A stretch of DNA of 64,000 bases from an uncultured bacterium (GCA_964001285.1 CAXFAF010000003.1:8641-72640); one strand, 5' to 3'; shown: positions 11,282 through 21,559, numbered from the stretch's first letter. Translations and numbers: made by a program. The notes: a model not told the origin generated them from the sequence alone.

Positions 11282-12622
11282 TTAAATTCTGTCATATGAT
11301 ACTTTTCTTAAACGTGAAGTAATCAATAAGGCAAATATTACCAAACCAACAATCATACTTACCCACATTCCGCTTGCTCCCATAGGTTCGTTTATTCCGT
11401 AATATGTTAAAAAATATCCGAACGGGATAGCAAAAACCCAATAGGATATGACTAGAAACACCATTGTCATAAAGGTATCCTTATAACCTCTTAACGCACC
11501 TAGACTTCCCATGCCAATGCCATCTGGAATTTGGAAAATTGCCGCAAAAATAATAAGATGACTAGCAATTGAGAAAACCAGAACATCAGTTGTGTATAAT
11601 GAAATGAGTTTGTCACCTAATGTGAAAAGTAATGTCATATTAAATAACGCACCGAAAAAACAAAGAGAAACAGAAATGAATGATGAATAGCGTGCATCAG
11701 TAAATCTCTTTTCCCCTAATAGGTTGCCTACCCTTGTTGACGCAGCAAGACCTATTGCAAGGGGTAGCATAAAAACAATACTTGCTATACTTAATGCTAC
11801 AGCATGACCGGAGACAATATTTTCACCGAGAGGTGCGAGAATGATTGCTGCTCCTGAATACATACTCATTTCAGCAAATATTCCAAAACCTATCGGTGTC
11901 CCAAGTTTTAGAACCTCAATGGAAGTCTTTATAGATGGACCATTAAACTTACTAAATAATTTATTTTTCTTGTAAGGTTTAGAAAATAGGACGATACAAA
12001 GCATTGCAATAAACATTAGTGTCGAGACTATTGAAGTGGCGTATCCACAACCAACTCCACCCATTTCAGGAACTCCGAAATATCCATATACAAATATTAT
12101 ATCCAAGGGAATATTTATTAATGCACCGCTAAAAACAACGAAGAAAACTGGCAAGGTAAGAGTTAGACCTTCACTATAAGAACTTAATAATCGATACATT
12201 ATATAAAAAAACATACCAATTGAGATAGCCTTTAGATAAGAAATTGATATGGAGGTTATTTTTTCGTCAATGGGTAGAAGAGACATCAACTCGCTTCCGA
12301 AATAAAAAATAACAATCAAAAGAAATCCTAGGAAAAGAGTTAACCAAAATGTTTCCCTGATTTTTTGACCTATTTCCAGATCTTTTTTTGCTCCATTAAG
12401 TTGAGCTACTATCGGGATAACGGAAAAAATGATACCCGCCATAAACATATAAATTGGAAATGTAAAAGAATTAGCAATTACCAGACCCGCTAGTTGATCA
12501 GCCCCAGCTCTTCCAGCAACTATTGTATCTGTAGCTGACATGATCATAAATGATAGCTGGGATCCAAGCATCGGAACTCCTATTCGAAAGAAATGCCTCG
12601 TTTCAGCAAAAAATTTATTCAT
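11282..12622 (-). CDS. MATE family efflux transporter
   Basis: 446 aa with about 12 TM segments and a NorM/MatE-like N-terminus (RIGVPMLGSQLSFMIM). Its start overlaps the phnE stop by 8 nt. Confidence 0.85.
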   Translation of the reverse strand: MNKFFAETRHFFRIGVPMLGSQLSFMIMSATDTIVAGRAGADQLAGLVIANSFTFPIYMFMAGIIFSVIPIVAQLNGAKKDLEIGQKIRETFWLTLFLGFLLIVIFYFGSELMSLLPIDEKITSISISYLKAISIGMFFYIMYRLLSSYSEGLTLTLPVFFVVFSGALINIPLDIIFVYGYFGVPEMGGVGCGYATSIVSTLMFIAMLCIVLFSKPYKKNKLFSKFNGPSIKTSIEVLKLGTPIGFGIFAEMSMYSGAAIILAPLGENIVSGHAVALSIASIVFMLPLAIGLAASTRVGNLLGEKRFTDARYSSFISVSLCFFGALFNMTLLFTLGDKLISLYTTDVLVFSIASHLIIFAAIFQIPDGIGMGSLGALRGYKDTFMTMVFLVISYWVFAIPFGYFLTYYGINEPMGASGMWVSMIVGLVIFALLITSRLRKVSYDRI

Positions 12623-13439
12623 CGATTATGCTCTTTCGAACAGCTCTTGAAATAGTATCAATTATAGCAACCATTATAAGTATTAGTATTATGATAAAGA
12701 GTGTTTGATCCCAATATTGTGCTCGCATTCTTTCAGTTAATTGCAAACCAATCCCTCCTGCCCCTACCACGCCCAAAATTACAGCTGAACGAGTATTAGA
12801 TTCAAAGAAATAGAGACTCTGAGAAATAAAAATAGGAAAAATTTGAGGAATTAATCCATAACGAATTACCGAAGCTTTATTTGACCCGGTTGATTGCATT
12901 CCTTCGATTTGTCGAGTATCCGCATTATCGGTTGCTTCAGAAAATAATTTTCCAAGAGTGCCAACATCAGCAGTAAATATTGATAGTAATCCAGCAAAAG
13001 GTCCTAGGCCAAATGCTCTAACATAGATTATGGCCCAGATTAAAATATCTACACCTCTAATAAAGTCTAAAATACGTTTTATAAGAAATCGAAATAATCC
13101 AAATTTGAAAATTTGTCGAGAAGCGATAAAGCTGATGGGTATACAAACCAATGAAGCTAAAAATGTTCCTAAAAATGCCATCCCAAGTGTCTGCGCTAAT
13201 CCTTTAAAAATAGAATTAAAGTTCCAGCTAAAGAAATCGTTCCAGGTAAACATTGCAGTCAAAACAGGTTTCATATTTGACAGACCAGAAATTATCTTAC
13301 CTATAGAGAAATCAAAATAAATTACGCAGAAAACAAGGTAAATAAAGGCTAAAACGCAACCTAAAAAGGATAATGGAGAGCGCCTCCAGAAAGGCTGAAA
13401 TACAGTTGGACAAAGGGCTATTGTATCTTTTTCAGTCAT
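12615..13439 (-). CDS. phnE: phosphonate ABC transporter permease
   Basis: 274 aa with a PhnE-type EAA loop, LFSEATDNADTRQIEGMQSTG. Confidence 0.85.
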   Translation of the reverse strand: MTEKDTIALCPTVFQPFWRRSPLSFLGCVLAFIYLVFCVIYFDFSIGKIISGLSNMKPVLTAMFTWNDFFSWNFNSIFKGLAQTLGMAFLGTFLASLVCIPISFIASRQIFKFGLFRFLIKRILDFIRGVDILIWAIIYVRAFGLGPFAGLLSIFTADVGTLGKLFSEATDNADTRQIEGMQSTGSNKASVIRYGLIPQIFPIFISQSLYFFESNTRSAVILGVVGAGGIGLQLTERMRAQYWDQTLFIIILILIMVAIIDTISRAVRKSIIDE

Positions 13440-14316
13440 TCAATTCTCCGATAACCCTTTGTCTAATACTTCCAGATATTAAATCGATAGTAATAACAGT
13501 TAAAATAATAAGGAGGATAATTGCACTTACTTCTTCGTAATAATTAAAGTTAATAACAAGGTAAAGTTCCTGGCCTATTCCTCCCGCTCCGACAAACCCA
13601 ATAACTGTTGATGCCCTAATGTTTATTTCAAATCTTAAAAGGGCATAAGAAATTATATTTGGAAGGACTTTGGGTATAATGCCGTATCTCATTTCAGACA
13701 CCCAATTTCCTCCATGTGATCGAATAGCTTCACAAGATTTTAGGTCTGCGTTTTCATGAACTTCAGAAAACAGCTTACCCAAAGCTCCTGTTGTGTGAAT
13801 GGTTATGGCAATTATACCAGCAAGAGGACCGACACCAAGCGCCCAAACGAAAAGTATGGCGAAGATGATTTCAGGAACGCCTCTTAAAAATTCTAAAAAT
13901 CTTTTTACTAAATGATAACTATATATATTTGGAGTTATATTTTTAGCAGATAGAAAGCTTAAAATGAGCGCAAACAAAACCCCTAAAAAAGTTGATAGGA
14001 CAGCCATATTAAAGGTTTCGTATAAAAGAACACCGTATTTTTTAAAATTAAAATACCAGTAAGCTATCGATCCTTCAGTTTTAGAGTTTTCAAATAAGAG
14101 GTTAGTTTCAAGATTAGGGAATATTTTTATTGCGTAATCCCCAAGTCTAGGAAAGCCATTAATTATCTTAGAAAAATTAAAATCTATTACTGACGAGCTC
14201 ATAAAAAAAGCTAGAGTAAAAATAAAAAAAATAAAGATAGTCCACAATCTTCTGCTTTTTATTTGTCCAGAGTAAAGTGACGCATGGTTTTCAAGAAGAG
14301 TATTATTCATTTTCAA
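13432..14316 (-). CDS. phnE: phosphonate ABC transporter permease (second copy)
   Basis: 294 aa with a PhnE-type loop, LFSEVHENADLKSCEAIRSHG. Overlaps both neighbours. Confidence 0.85.
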   Translation of the reverse strand: MKMNNTLLENHASLYSGQIKSRRLWTIFIFFIFTLAFFMSSSVIDFNFSKIINGFPRLGDYAIKIFPNLETNLLFENSKTEGSIAYWYFNFKKYGVLLYETFNMAVLSTFLGVLFALILSFLSAKNITPNIYSYHLVKRFLEFLRGVPEIIFAILFVWALGVGPLAGIIAITIHTTGALGKLFSEVHENADLKSCEAIRSHGGNWVSEMRYGIIPKVLPNIISYALLRFEINIRASTVIGFVGAGGIGQELYLVINFNYYEEVSAIILLIILTVITIDLISGSIRQRVIGELND

Positions 14317-15049
14317 GGTCGTATAATTGTTCGGCTAATTCTTTCGTAAGTTCAGAAGGGTGGCCATCAAACACTATCTTTCCGTCCGAAAGTCCTATTA
14401 GGCGCTCACAATATTCTTTTGCAACATCAAGCGAATGAAGATTGCATATAGCCATAATACCTTCTTGTTGGTTAATTTTTTTTATATCATCCATAACAAT
14501 TTTAGAATTCTTTGGGTCTAGAGAAGAAATAGGTTCATCAGCTAGTAAAATCTTAGGTTTTTGCATCATTGCTCTTGCAATAGCTACCCTTTGCTGTTGA
14601 CCACCTGATAATGTTTCAACCCTTTGAAGTGCTTTATTAGAAAGGCCTAGATTATGGAGATAAGTTAGCGCATCTAATTTTTCTTTTTTATTATAAATTT
14701 TTAATAATTTCAATAAGTTAAAGTTAATACCTAATGTTCCACTTAAAACATTTGTTAAAACATCTAATCGCTCAATTAAATTAAATTGCTGAAAAATCAT
14801 TGCACATTTCGAGCGCCAAATTTTTAATTTTTTTCTCTTTAAGGAAGTAATTTCAACTCCATCATAAATAATAGTTCCGCTTGTCGGCTCTATTAATCGG
14901 TTTATTAATCTTAGAAGAGTTGATTTTCCAGCTCCAGATTTTCCTATTATTCCAATCATTTCACCATCGGAAATTTTTAACGAAACTTCATCTAAGGCTG
15001 TCGTTTCGGAAAATTTCTTAACCAATGAATTAATTTCAAGAGAAGCCAT
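14303..15049 (-). CDS. phnC: phosphonate ABC transporter ATP-binding protein
   Basis: 248 aa with Walker A GKSGAGKSTLL, signature LSGGQQQRVAIARA and Walker B ILLADEP. The N-terminus is PhnC-like. Confidence 0.85.
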   Translation of the reverse strand: MASLEINSLVKKFSETTALDEVSLKISDGEMIGIIGKSGAGKSTLLRLINRLIEPTSGTIIYDGVEITSLKRKKLKIWRSKCAMIFQQFNLIERLDVLTNVLSGTLGINFNLLKLLKIYNKKEKLDALTYLHNLGLSNKALQRVETLSGGQQQRVAIARAMMQKPKILLADEPISSLDPKNSKIVMDDIKKINQQEGIMAICNLHSLDVAKEYCERLIGLSDGKIVFDGHPSELTKELAEQLYDLENE

Positions 15050-15134
15050 ATTTATCCTAAAAAAATATTTAATTGTTTGTATTTAAATATTTACCAAATA
15101 ATATCCTATTTAATCTATAGGATTACTCAGTTTT

Positions 15135-16628
15135 ATGAAAAGAAATATATATAAAATAATTTTGTTAACTTTAACATCATTAAATCCAATTAAACTTTTT
15201 GCAGGGATTGATGAAAATATAAATAATTTTTTAGAGCCGATATCCGAAATCGTTTCAAGTATAGTATTTTACAGCTTGCCATTGGGCTCAACGAATGTTG
15301 AGTTGATCGTCATATGGCTTATTTTGGGCGGTCTGTTTTGTACCTTTTATTTTCGTTTTGTAAATTTCTCAGCTTTTAGACATTCAATTGATCTCGTGAG
15401 AGGCAAGTTCTCAGATAGTGATTCTTCTGGAGAAGTTTCGCATTTTAAGGCTCTTTCGACAGCTTTGTCTGGTACGGTGGGCTTGGGTAATATAGGCGGA
15501 GTAGCTGTTGCAATTTCTCTTGGTGGCCCGGGTGCAACATTTTGGATGATATTGTCTGGATTGCTTGGAATGTCACTTAAATTTTGCGAATGTACTTTAG
15601 GAGTTAAATATAGAAATTTAAATGCAGATGGCAGTGTCTCAGGCGGTGCTATGTATTACCTTACGAAAGGTTTATCTGAAAAGGGAATGCCTTTGTTAGG
15701 AAAGTTTCTGGCTTACATGTTCGCTATTTTTTGTGTTTTTGCATCTCTTGGTGGTGGTAACATGTTCCAAGTCAACCAATCGCTTGATTTGGTCGTTTAT
15801 GTTTCTGGAGGGCAAGGAGGTTTTTTAGATACTAATTCATGGGTTTATGGCCTCATTTTTGCATTTTTCTTAGGCATTGTTATAATTGGTGGCATTCAAA
15901 GAATTGCTTCTGTAACTTCTAAGCTTGTTCCAAGTATGGCCATAATTTACTTAATTGCTGCACTTATTATATTAATAGTTAATGCAGAATATTTACCAGA
16001 AGCTGTAAAATCTATTTTTGTTGGCGCCTTTTCTCCTGAAGGTGTAACTGGTGGATTTTTAGGTGTTCTAATACTTGGTTTTAGAAGAGCGGTTTTTTCC
16101 AATGAAGCTGGAATCGGATCCGCCCCCATTGCACATTCTGCTGTAAAAACTAATGAACCAGTTACAGAAGGTATTGTATCATTACTGGAACCATTTATAG
16201 ATACAGTTGTTATATGTACGATTACTGCACTTGTGATTGTCACTACAGGTGTTTTTAATACGGGTGAAGGAATAGAAGGCGCACGTATGACTTCAGAGGC
16301 TTTTGGCTCTGTCCTTCCTTGGTTTCCTTATATACTTGCTTTAGTAGCAATGTTATTTGCTTTTTCAACTGCTATCTCTTGGTCTTATTATGGAGTTAAG
16401 GCAATAACATTTATTTTTGGTGAAAGAAAATTTGTAGAACTTTCTTATAAATTAATTTTTTGCTTCTTCGCAATTATTGGCGCATCTTTGGATTTAACCA
16501 AGGTTATAGATTTATCTGACTCCTCACTTTTCTTGATGGCAATACCAAATTTAATTGGTGTTTATCTTCTTGCTGGTGTTGTTAAAAAAGAATTTGCAAA
16601 GTACAAAGAAAAGCACATAACTCAGTAA
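15135..16628 (+). CDS. alanine/glycine:cation symporter (AGCS family)
   Basis: 497 aa with the AGCS blocks FKALSTALSGTVGLGNIGGVA and FSNEAGIGSAPIAHSA. Confidence 0.88.
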   Translation: MKRNIYKIILLTLTSLNPIKLFAGIDENINNFLEPISEIVSSIVFYSLPLGSTNVELIVIWLILGGLFCTFYFRFVNFSAFRHSIDLVRGKFSDSDSSGEVSHFKALSTALSGTVGLGNIGGVAVAISLGGPGATFWMILSGLLGMSLKFCECTLGVKYRNLNADGSVSGGAMYYLTKGLSEKGMPLLGKFLAYMFAIFCVFASLGGGNMFQVNQSLDLVVYVSGGQGGFLDTNSWVYGLIFAFFLGIVIIGGIQRIASVTSKLVPSMAIIYLIAALIILIVNAEYLPEAVKSIFVGAFSPEGVTGGFLGVLILGFRRAVFSNEAGIGSAPIAHSAVKTNEPVTEGIVSLLEPFIDTVVICTITALVIVTTGVFNTGEGIEGARMTSEAFGSVLPWFPYILALVAMLFAFSTAISWSYYGVKAITFIFGERKFVELSYKLIFCFFAIIGASLDLTKVIDLSDSSLFLMAIPNLIGVYLLAGVVKKEFAKYKEKHITQ

Positions 16629-16635
16629 AAAAATT

Positions 16636-17316
16636 ATGAAAATTTGTCTATATTTGCTGCTTACCTTAACCATTATATCTTTTGGAAATTCTTCGCTCTC
16701 TCACCCTGGTCGGACAGACTCTAATGGAGGTCACTACAATAGGTCAACCTCCGTCTATCATTGTCACATCATAACTTGCTCAGACCTTATAGGTGATGCA
16801 ACGGACAATAATACAGGGATAACGCGATATAATAGAAAAGACTGGAGGCATTGGATAGATGAAGATGGAGACTGTCAGAACACTCGGGCAGAAATATTGA
16901 TATCGCAATCACAAGTAAGTGTAGAATTTGCCACTTCCAGAGATTGCCGAGTAATTAAAGGTTCTTGGATCGGTCGACTAACTGGAGTTCTTCTTTCCGA
17001 TGCATCAGATGTAGACATAGATCATGTAATTCCGCTTAGTTATGCTCATGGGCATGGAGGCTTTTCCTGGTCGCCGTCCAAAAAAAAGCAATTTGCAAAC
17101 GATCCACTAAACCTTATCCCTACATATGATATCGAAAACAGAAGAAAATCTGACAAGGGACCATCTGAATATTTACCGTCTGATAAAGATCTTGCCTGTT
17201 CTTATATAAAAAGATGGCAAGCGATACGAATTAAGTACGACTTAAATATCGCACCAGATGACAAGGTTATTATCCGAAATATGATTTCTACTACCTCCGC
17301 AGAGCGTTCTTGCTAA
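16636..17316 (+). CDS. secreted YHYH-domain plus HNH/DUF1524 (His-Me finger) nuclease-like protein
   Basis: 226 aa. It has a signal peptide (MKICLYLLLTLTIISFGNSSLS), an HPGRTDSNGGHYNRSTSVYHCH block (YHYH-type) and DIDHVIPLSYAHGHGG...NLIP...ENRRKSDK (HNH/GmrSD C-terminal type). Its GC is about 43-47% against about 30% in neighbours. Confidence 0.65.
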   Translation: MKICLYLLLTLTIISFGNSSLSHPGRTDSNGGHYNRSTSVYHCHIITCSDLIGDATDNNTGITRYNRKDWRHWIDEDGDCQNTRAEILISQSQVSVEFATSRDCRVIKGSWIGRLTGVLLSDASDVDIDHVIPLSYAHGHGGFSWSPSKKKQFANDPLNLIPTYDIENRRKSDKGPSEYLPSDKDLACSYIKRWQAIRIKYDLNIAPDDKVIIRNMISTTSAERSC

Positions 17317-17418
17317 AGTAAGTGTTAGCGAAGTAAAATGAAAAGCATATAAATCATTAATTAATTTAATCCTTTATATATAAGGACTTAATGAGTATAT
17401 TACCGTTAGAGATCAGAT

Positions 17419-19164
17419 ATGCATGATTATGTAATTAGAAATGGTTTAGTTTATGACGGACTTGGTGGAGAGCCTTATGAGGCAGATATTGCATTTTCTG
17501 GAAATAAACTTTCTCATGTTGGTAAAGTAAAAGATTCTGGAAAAGAAGAAATTGATGCAAAAGATAAGATTGTAACTCCTGGGTTTGTTGATATTCATAC
17601 ACATTTTGACGGTCAAATAACTTGGGATCCGTTTTTAAGCCCCTCTCATTATCACGGAGTCACAACAGCTATCATGGGAAATTGTGGGGTAGGATTTGCA
17701 CCATGTAAACCTGAGAGACATGAATGGTTGATAGGTTTAATGGAAGGTGTGGAGGATATTCCAGGCACTGCATTATCTGAAGGTATAAATTGGAATTGGG
17801 AAACATTTCCTGAATTTATGGATGCTGTTGATGATATGGAGCTTTCAATTGATGTTGGACTTCAAATTCCTCATGGAGCTTTGAGAGCATATGTTATGGA
17901 TGAAAGAGCGGCACAATTAGAGCCTGCGAATGATAGAGACATAGAATTAATGTCAAACCATGTAAAAGAATCCTTAAATGCTGGCGCTTTAGGGTTCTCT
18001 ACATCAAGGACAGAAAAGCACAGGGATAAAGACGGGAACAATACACCTACTTTTAAAGCTCAGGATAAGGAACTTCACGGCATCGCAAAAGGAATGAGTG
18101 AGGTTGATAAAGGCGTTATACAGCTCATTGCAGATTTTTGGGACTTTGATTATGAATTTTTTATGATTAAAGAAATGGCAAGGATTTCTGGGAGGCCTTT
18201 ATCTTTAACAATAGAGCAAGATTATCGATATCCTGATTTGTGGAAAAAAACACTTGATAGTATTTCAATTGCAAATGAAGAGGGTATTAATATGAAAGGT
18301 CAAGTTCCGCCAAGACCAACAGGAGTTTTACAGGGATTATCAGCCACTCTTAATCCTTTTGTTTTTTATCCAAGTTTTCAAAAATTAAGAGATTTATCAG
18401 TTGATGAGAAAGTATCAACATTAAAAAATCCAGATTTTAGAAAACAAATTCTTTCTGAAAAAGTAGATCTTGACCCGGATAATATTTTGTCACTAATTTT
18501 GACTCATTTTGATAAGATTTTTGTTTTTGGTGATTCGCCCAATTATGAGCCAACTTATGAAGAGTCTGTTGAATACCTTTCAAAACAAAAAGGGGTAAGC
18601 TCATTGGAATTTATTTTGGATTATATGACTGAAGATAATGGATATAGCTTACTTTATATGCCAATTATGAATTATGTTAAGGGTAACCTTGACGATGTTC
18701 ATTATATGTTAACTCATAAATATACAGCTTTTGGTCTTGGTGACGGAGGTGCTCATTGTGGAATAATGACAGATTATAGTTTTCCTTCTACATTATTAAC
18801 CCATTGGGCTAGGGATAGAAGTAGAGGCCCTAAATTACCTTTAGAATTTATAATAAAAAGACAAACAAGGGATAATGCAATGCATATAGGGTTATACGAT
18901 AGGGGTGTGTTAGCTGAAGGTATGAAAGCGGATATTAACATTATCGATTTTGATAATTATAAACTTCTTAAGCCAAAAATTGCATATGATCTTCCTTTAG
19001 GTGGTAAAAGATTCATTCAAAAAACTGAGGGAATGTTATATTCATTTGCGTCCGGAGAGATGATATCTAAGGATGGTGTTCCAACAGGATCGAAAAAAGG
19101 TAAATTAATTAGAGGTATTCAGGAAAAAGCTAATTTAACTAATTCTAATGTAGCTGCAGAATAA
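17419..19164 (+). CDS. N-acyl-D-amino-acid deacylase (D-aminoacylase) family amidohydrolase
   Basis: 581 aa. The N-terminus IRNGLVYDG...PGFVDIHTHFDGQ and GNCGVGFAP are typical of this amidohydrolase subfamily. Confidence 0.8.
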   Translation: MHDYVIRNGLVYDGLGGEPYEADIAFSGNKLSHVGKVKDSGKEEIDAKDKIVTPGFVDIHTHFDGQITWDPFLSPSHYHGVTTAIMGNCGVGFAPCKPERHEWLIGLMEGVEDIPGTALSEGINWNWETFPEFMDAVDDMELSIDVGLQIPHGALRAYVMDERAAQLEPANDRDIELMSNHVKESLNAGALGFSTSRTEKHRDKDGNNTPTFKAQDKELHGIAKGMSEVDKGVIQLIADFWDFDYEFFMIKEMARISGRPLSLTIEQDYRYPDLWKKTLDSISIANEEGINMKGQVPPRPTGVLQGLSATLNPFVFYPSFQKLRDLSVDEKVSTLKNPDFRKQILSEKVDLDPDNILSLILTHFDKIFVFGDSPNYEPTYEESVEYLSKQKGVSSLEFILDYMTEDNGYSLLYMPIMNYVKGNLDDVHYMLTHKYTAFGLGDGGAHCGIMTDYSFPSTLLTHWARDRSRGPKLPLEFIIKRQTRDNAMHIGLYDRGVLAEGMKADINIIDFDNYKLLKPKIAYDLPLGGKRFIQKTEGMLYSFASGEMISKDGVPTGSKKGKLIRGIQEKANLTNSNVAAE

Positions 19165-19171
19165 ATCACTA

Positions 19172-19789
19172 TTGAAACTCCCTTCCAATTTTAATTCTGT
19201 TAAAGGTTTTATTGATCATGATGAAGGCATTTGTCTTTATAATCACGCATTAAGTTCTTCAAAAAAAGGCCCGATACTAGAAATAGGATCTTATTGCGGT
19301 AAATCAACAATATATCTCGGATCTGCTGCTAAAGAATTTAATGGGTGTGTTTATTCTGTGGATCATCACACTGGATCAGAAGAGAATCAAATTGGTTGGG
19401 AATATCATGACAAAGATTTATTTGATAATGAGACTGGGAGAATAAATTCTTTTCCTGAGTTTATGAGAAATATTAGAAAAGCAGATTTACTTGATACTGT
19501 TATTCCTATTGTCTCGGATTCTTCTCTTGTTTCTAGATATTGGAATATTCCACTTTCAATGCTGTTTATCGATGGAGGTCATACTATGGATGCTGCCATG
19601 AGTGATTATAATAATTGGCATGATAAAATTATTAGTGACAATGGCATTTTGGCTATTCACGATGTTTTTCCGAATCCTGATGACGGAGGAAGACCTCCTT
19701 ATGAAATATATAAGTTGGCATTGTCGAGTGATAAATTTGAGGAAATTGAATCTGTTCAATCATTAAGGATTTTAAGAAGATTAAATTAA
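19172..19789 (+). CDS. class I SAM-dependent methyltransferase (Methyltransf_24-like)
   Basis: 205 aa with LEIGSYCGKSTIYLG (motif I) and FIDGGH. The TTG start is inferred because there is no nearby in-frame ATG, so it is uncertain. Confidence 0.6.
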   Translation: MKLPSNFNSVKGFIDHDEGICLYNHALSSSKKGPILEIGSYCGKSTIYLGSAAKEFNGCVYSVDHHTGSEENQIGWEYHDKDLFDNETGRINSFPEFMRNIRKADLLDTVIPIVSDSSLVSRYWNIPLSMLFIDGGHTMDAAMSDYNNWHDKIISDNGILAIHDVFPNPDDGGRPPYEIYKLALSSDKFEEIESVQSLRILRRLN

Positions 19790-20833
19790 TTTATCTTTAA
19801 GAAATATTTCTGATCCTTTGCTAAAATTATTGATCGCATCATAGGCTAATATAACCGCAGCTGAAGTCCATCCTGGTTTTTCAGATGGCCAAAAAACATT
19901 TTCAACATACTGTTTACCCATCCAGTAAGCGCCATCCTTATCTTTGCAATTTTCGATCCATGATAAAAGTTCCATTGCCTTATCTTTTTCACCTATTTTT
20001 GTTAACGTAATAGCAAGTTCTGCGGTTTCCGCGATAGTTACCCAAGGCTGATCAGAAACACATAAACAACCTAATTCCTCAATAACAAAAGTGTTCCAAT
20101 TATCAGATATCCTTATTTTGCTTTCTTCATCATTCATTACCCCACATAAAACAGGGTAATACCAGTCCATAGAAAATCTTTTTTTTGATTCCCAGGTTTT
20201 ATCAAAACTTTCTGGATTATTAATAATACTACTTTGAAGTCTTTCGAGAGATTTTCTCCAATCAGGCTTACTTATTCCAAGTTTTGATGCACAATTAATA
20301 GCGCAAATAAGACTTTTTGTTATTGAACAGCATCCCGTTAATAGTGAATCATCTTTTGGGGCTTCAGGGCTTTCAGCTGCCCATCTGATCGACCCATTTT
20401 CTAATTGATTGCTTAATACAAAATTTACTGCTGAATCAATCATTTTCCAATTCTTATTTAGGTCTTCGATTGATTCATTTACTAAAAAATCATGCCAACA
20501 TGCAGTTGCAATATATGCCGCAAAATTAGTATCTCTGTAAAAAACTTTCGAGTTATCTTCTCTGTTTATAAATTTTCCACTTTTTTCGTCAATTTCTAGT
20601 GTACTTCCTAATTCTCCTAGCCACGAGCCATCTTCAAGTTGATTTTCCCTTAAAAAAGAAAAACCAAATTCAACTTCATCCGAATATCCTAAGACATTTA
20701 GGGCCATTAAACATTCTAAATGGTTCCAGGCATCAAATACACCATTCTTAAACCATGGAATAGACCCATCACCATTCTGTAATTCAATTATTCGTTCAGA
20801 AGAGCCCTTAAAATATTGTATAAATTTACTCAT
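19781..20833 (-). CDS. alpha/alpha-toroid protein with prenyltransferase/squalene-oxidase-type repeats
   Basis: 350 aa with four spaced QW-like repeats (LQNGDGSIPW, ENQLEDGSW, NQLENGSIRW, KDKDGAYW). A glycoside-hydrolase-like (alpha/alpha)6 fold cannot be excluded. Confidence 0.5.
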   Translation of the reverse strand: MSKFIQYFKGSSERIIELQNGDGSIPWFKNGVFDAWNHLECLMALNVLGYSDEVEFGFSFLRENQLEDGSWLGELGSTLEIDEKSGKFINREDNSKVFYRDTNFAAYIATACWHDFLVNESIEDLNKNWKMIDSAVNFVLSNQLENGSIRWAAESPEAPKDDSLLTGCCSITKSLICAINCASKLGISKPDWRKSLERLQSSIINNPESFDKTWESKKRFSMDWYYPVLCGVMNDEESKIRISDNWNTFVIEELGCLCVSDQPWVTIAETAELAITLTKIGEKDKAMELLSWIENCKDKDGAYWMGKQYVENVFWPSEKPGWTSAAVILAYDAINNFSKGSEIFLKDKLI

Positions 20834-20848
20834 GCTGTATTTAGTTAA

Positions 20849-21559
20849 TTATTTTTTTTCTAGATAAAGAACTACGGATTTTCCAATTATAGGATCAAAT
20901 ATCTTTTCTAATAATCTTGTTGTTAAAGGTCTATCAATAATATCCCATTCAAGAAATCTTTTATATAAATTTACAAATATGTTGTCTTCTTTTTTTACTC
21001 CTACAAGACATTTAAGCCACCAATAAGGGGAATGTAACCCATGTTTAAAATCTTTTCCTAAGTAAACAAACCCATTTTTAGTGAAAGCATTTCTTAAATT
21101 TTTGAATCTAAATATCCTAATATGACCACCAGGTTCATTATGGTAATCTTCAGATAATGCCCAGCATATTTTTTCAGGTAACCATCTTGGTACCGATATT
21201 CCAATTTTTGCTCCAGGTTTTGATATTCTATAAATTTCTTTGATTACTTTTTCAAAATCTTCAATATGCTCTAAAACCTCTGAACAAATAATATTATCAA
21301 AAGAATTATCTTTAAAAGGAAGCTTTATCGCCGTTCCTGCCATTAAACTAAATTTTCTTTCTTTTTCCTCGCTTATATCAGGATATTGTTCGAATCCTTG
21401 ATATGTTACTTTTAATTCTTCAATTGATAAATCTAGTCCTACGACATGACATTTGCTGAAATAATATAATTTATGGAGATGACGGCCTTTACCACAACCT
21501 AAATCTAAAATGGTAGACCTATTGGATATTTCTAGTTTTTCAAGATCTATTGTTAGCAT
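20849..21559 (-). CDS. class I SAM-dependent methyltransferase (Methyltransf_11-like)
   Basis: 236 aa with ILDLGCGKGRH (motif I) and NIICSEVLEHIED. Confidence 0.8.
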   Translation of the reverse strand: MLTIDLEKLEISNRSTILDLGCGKGRHLHKLYYFSKCHVVGLDLSIEELKVTYQGFEQYPDISEEKERKFSLMAGTAIKLPFKDNSFDNIICSEVLEHIEDFEKVIKEIYRISKPGAKIGISVPRWLPEKICWALSEDYHNEPGGHIRIFRFKNLRNAFTKNGFVYLGKDFKHGLHSPYWWLKCLVGVKKEDNIFVNLYKRFLEWDIIDRPLTTRLLEKIFDPIIGKSVVLYLEKK

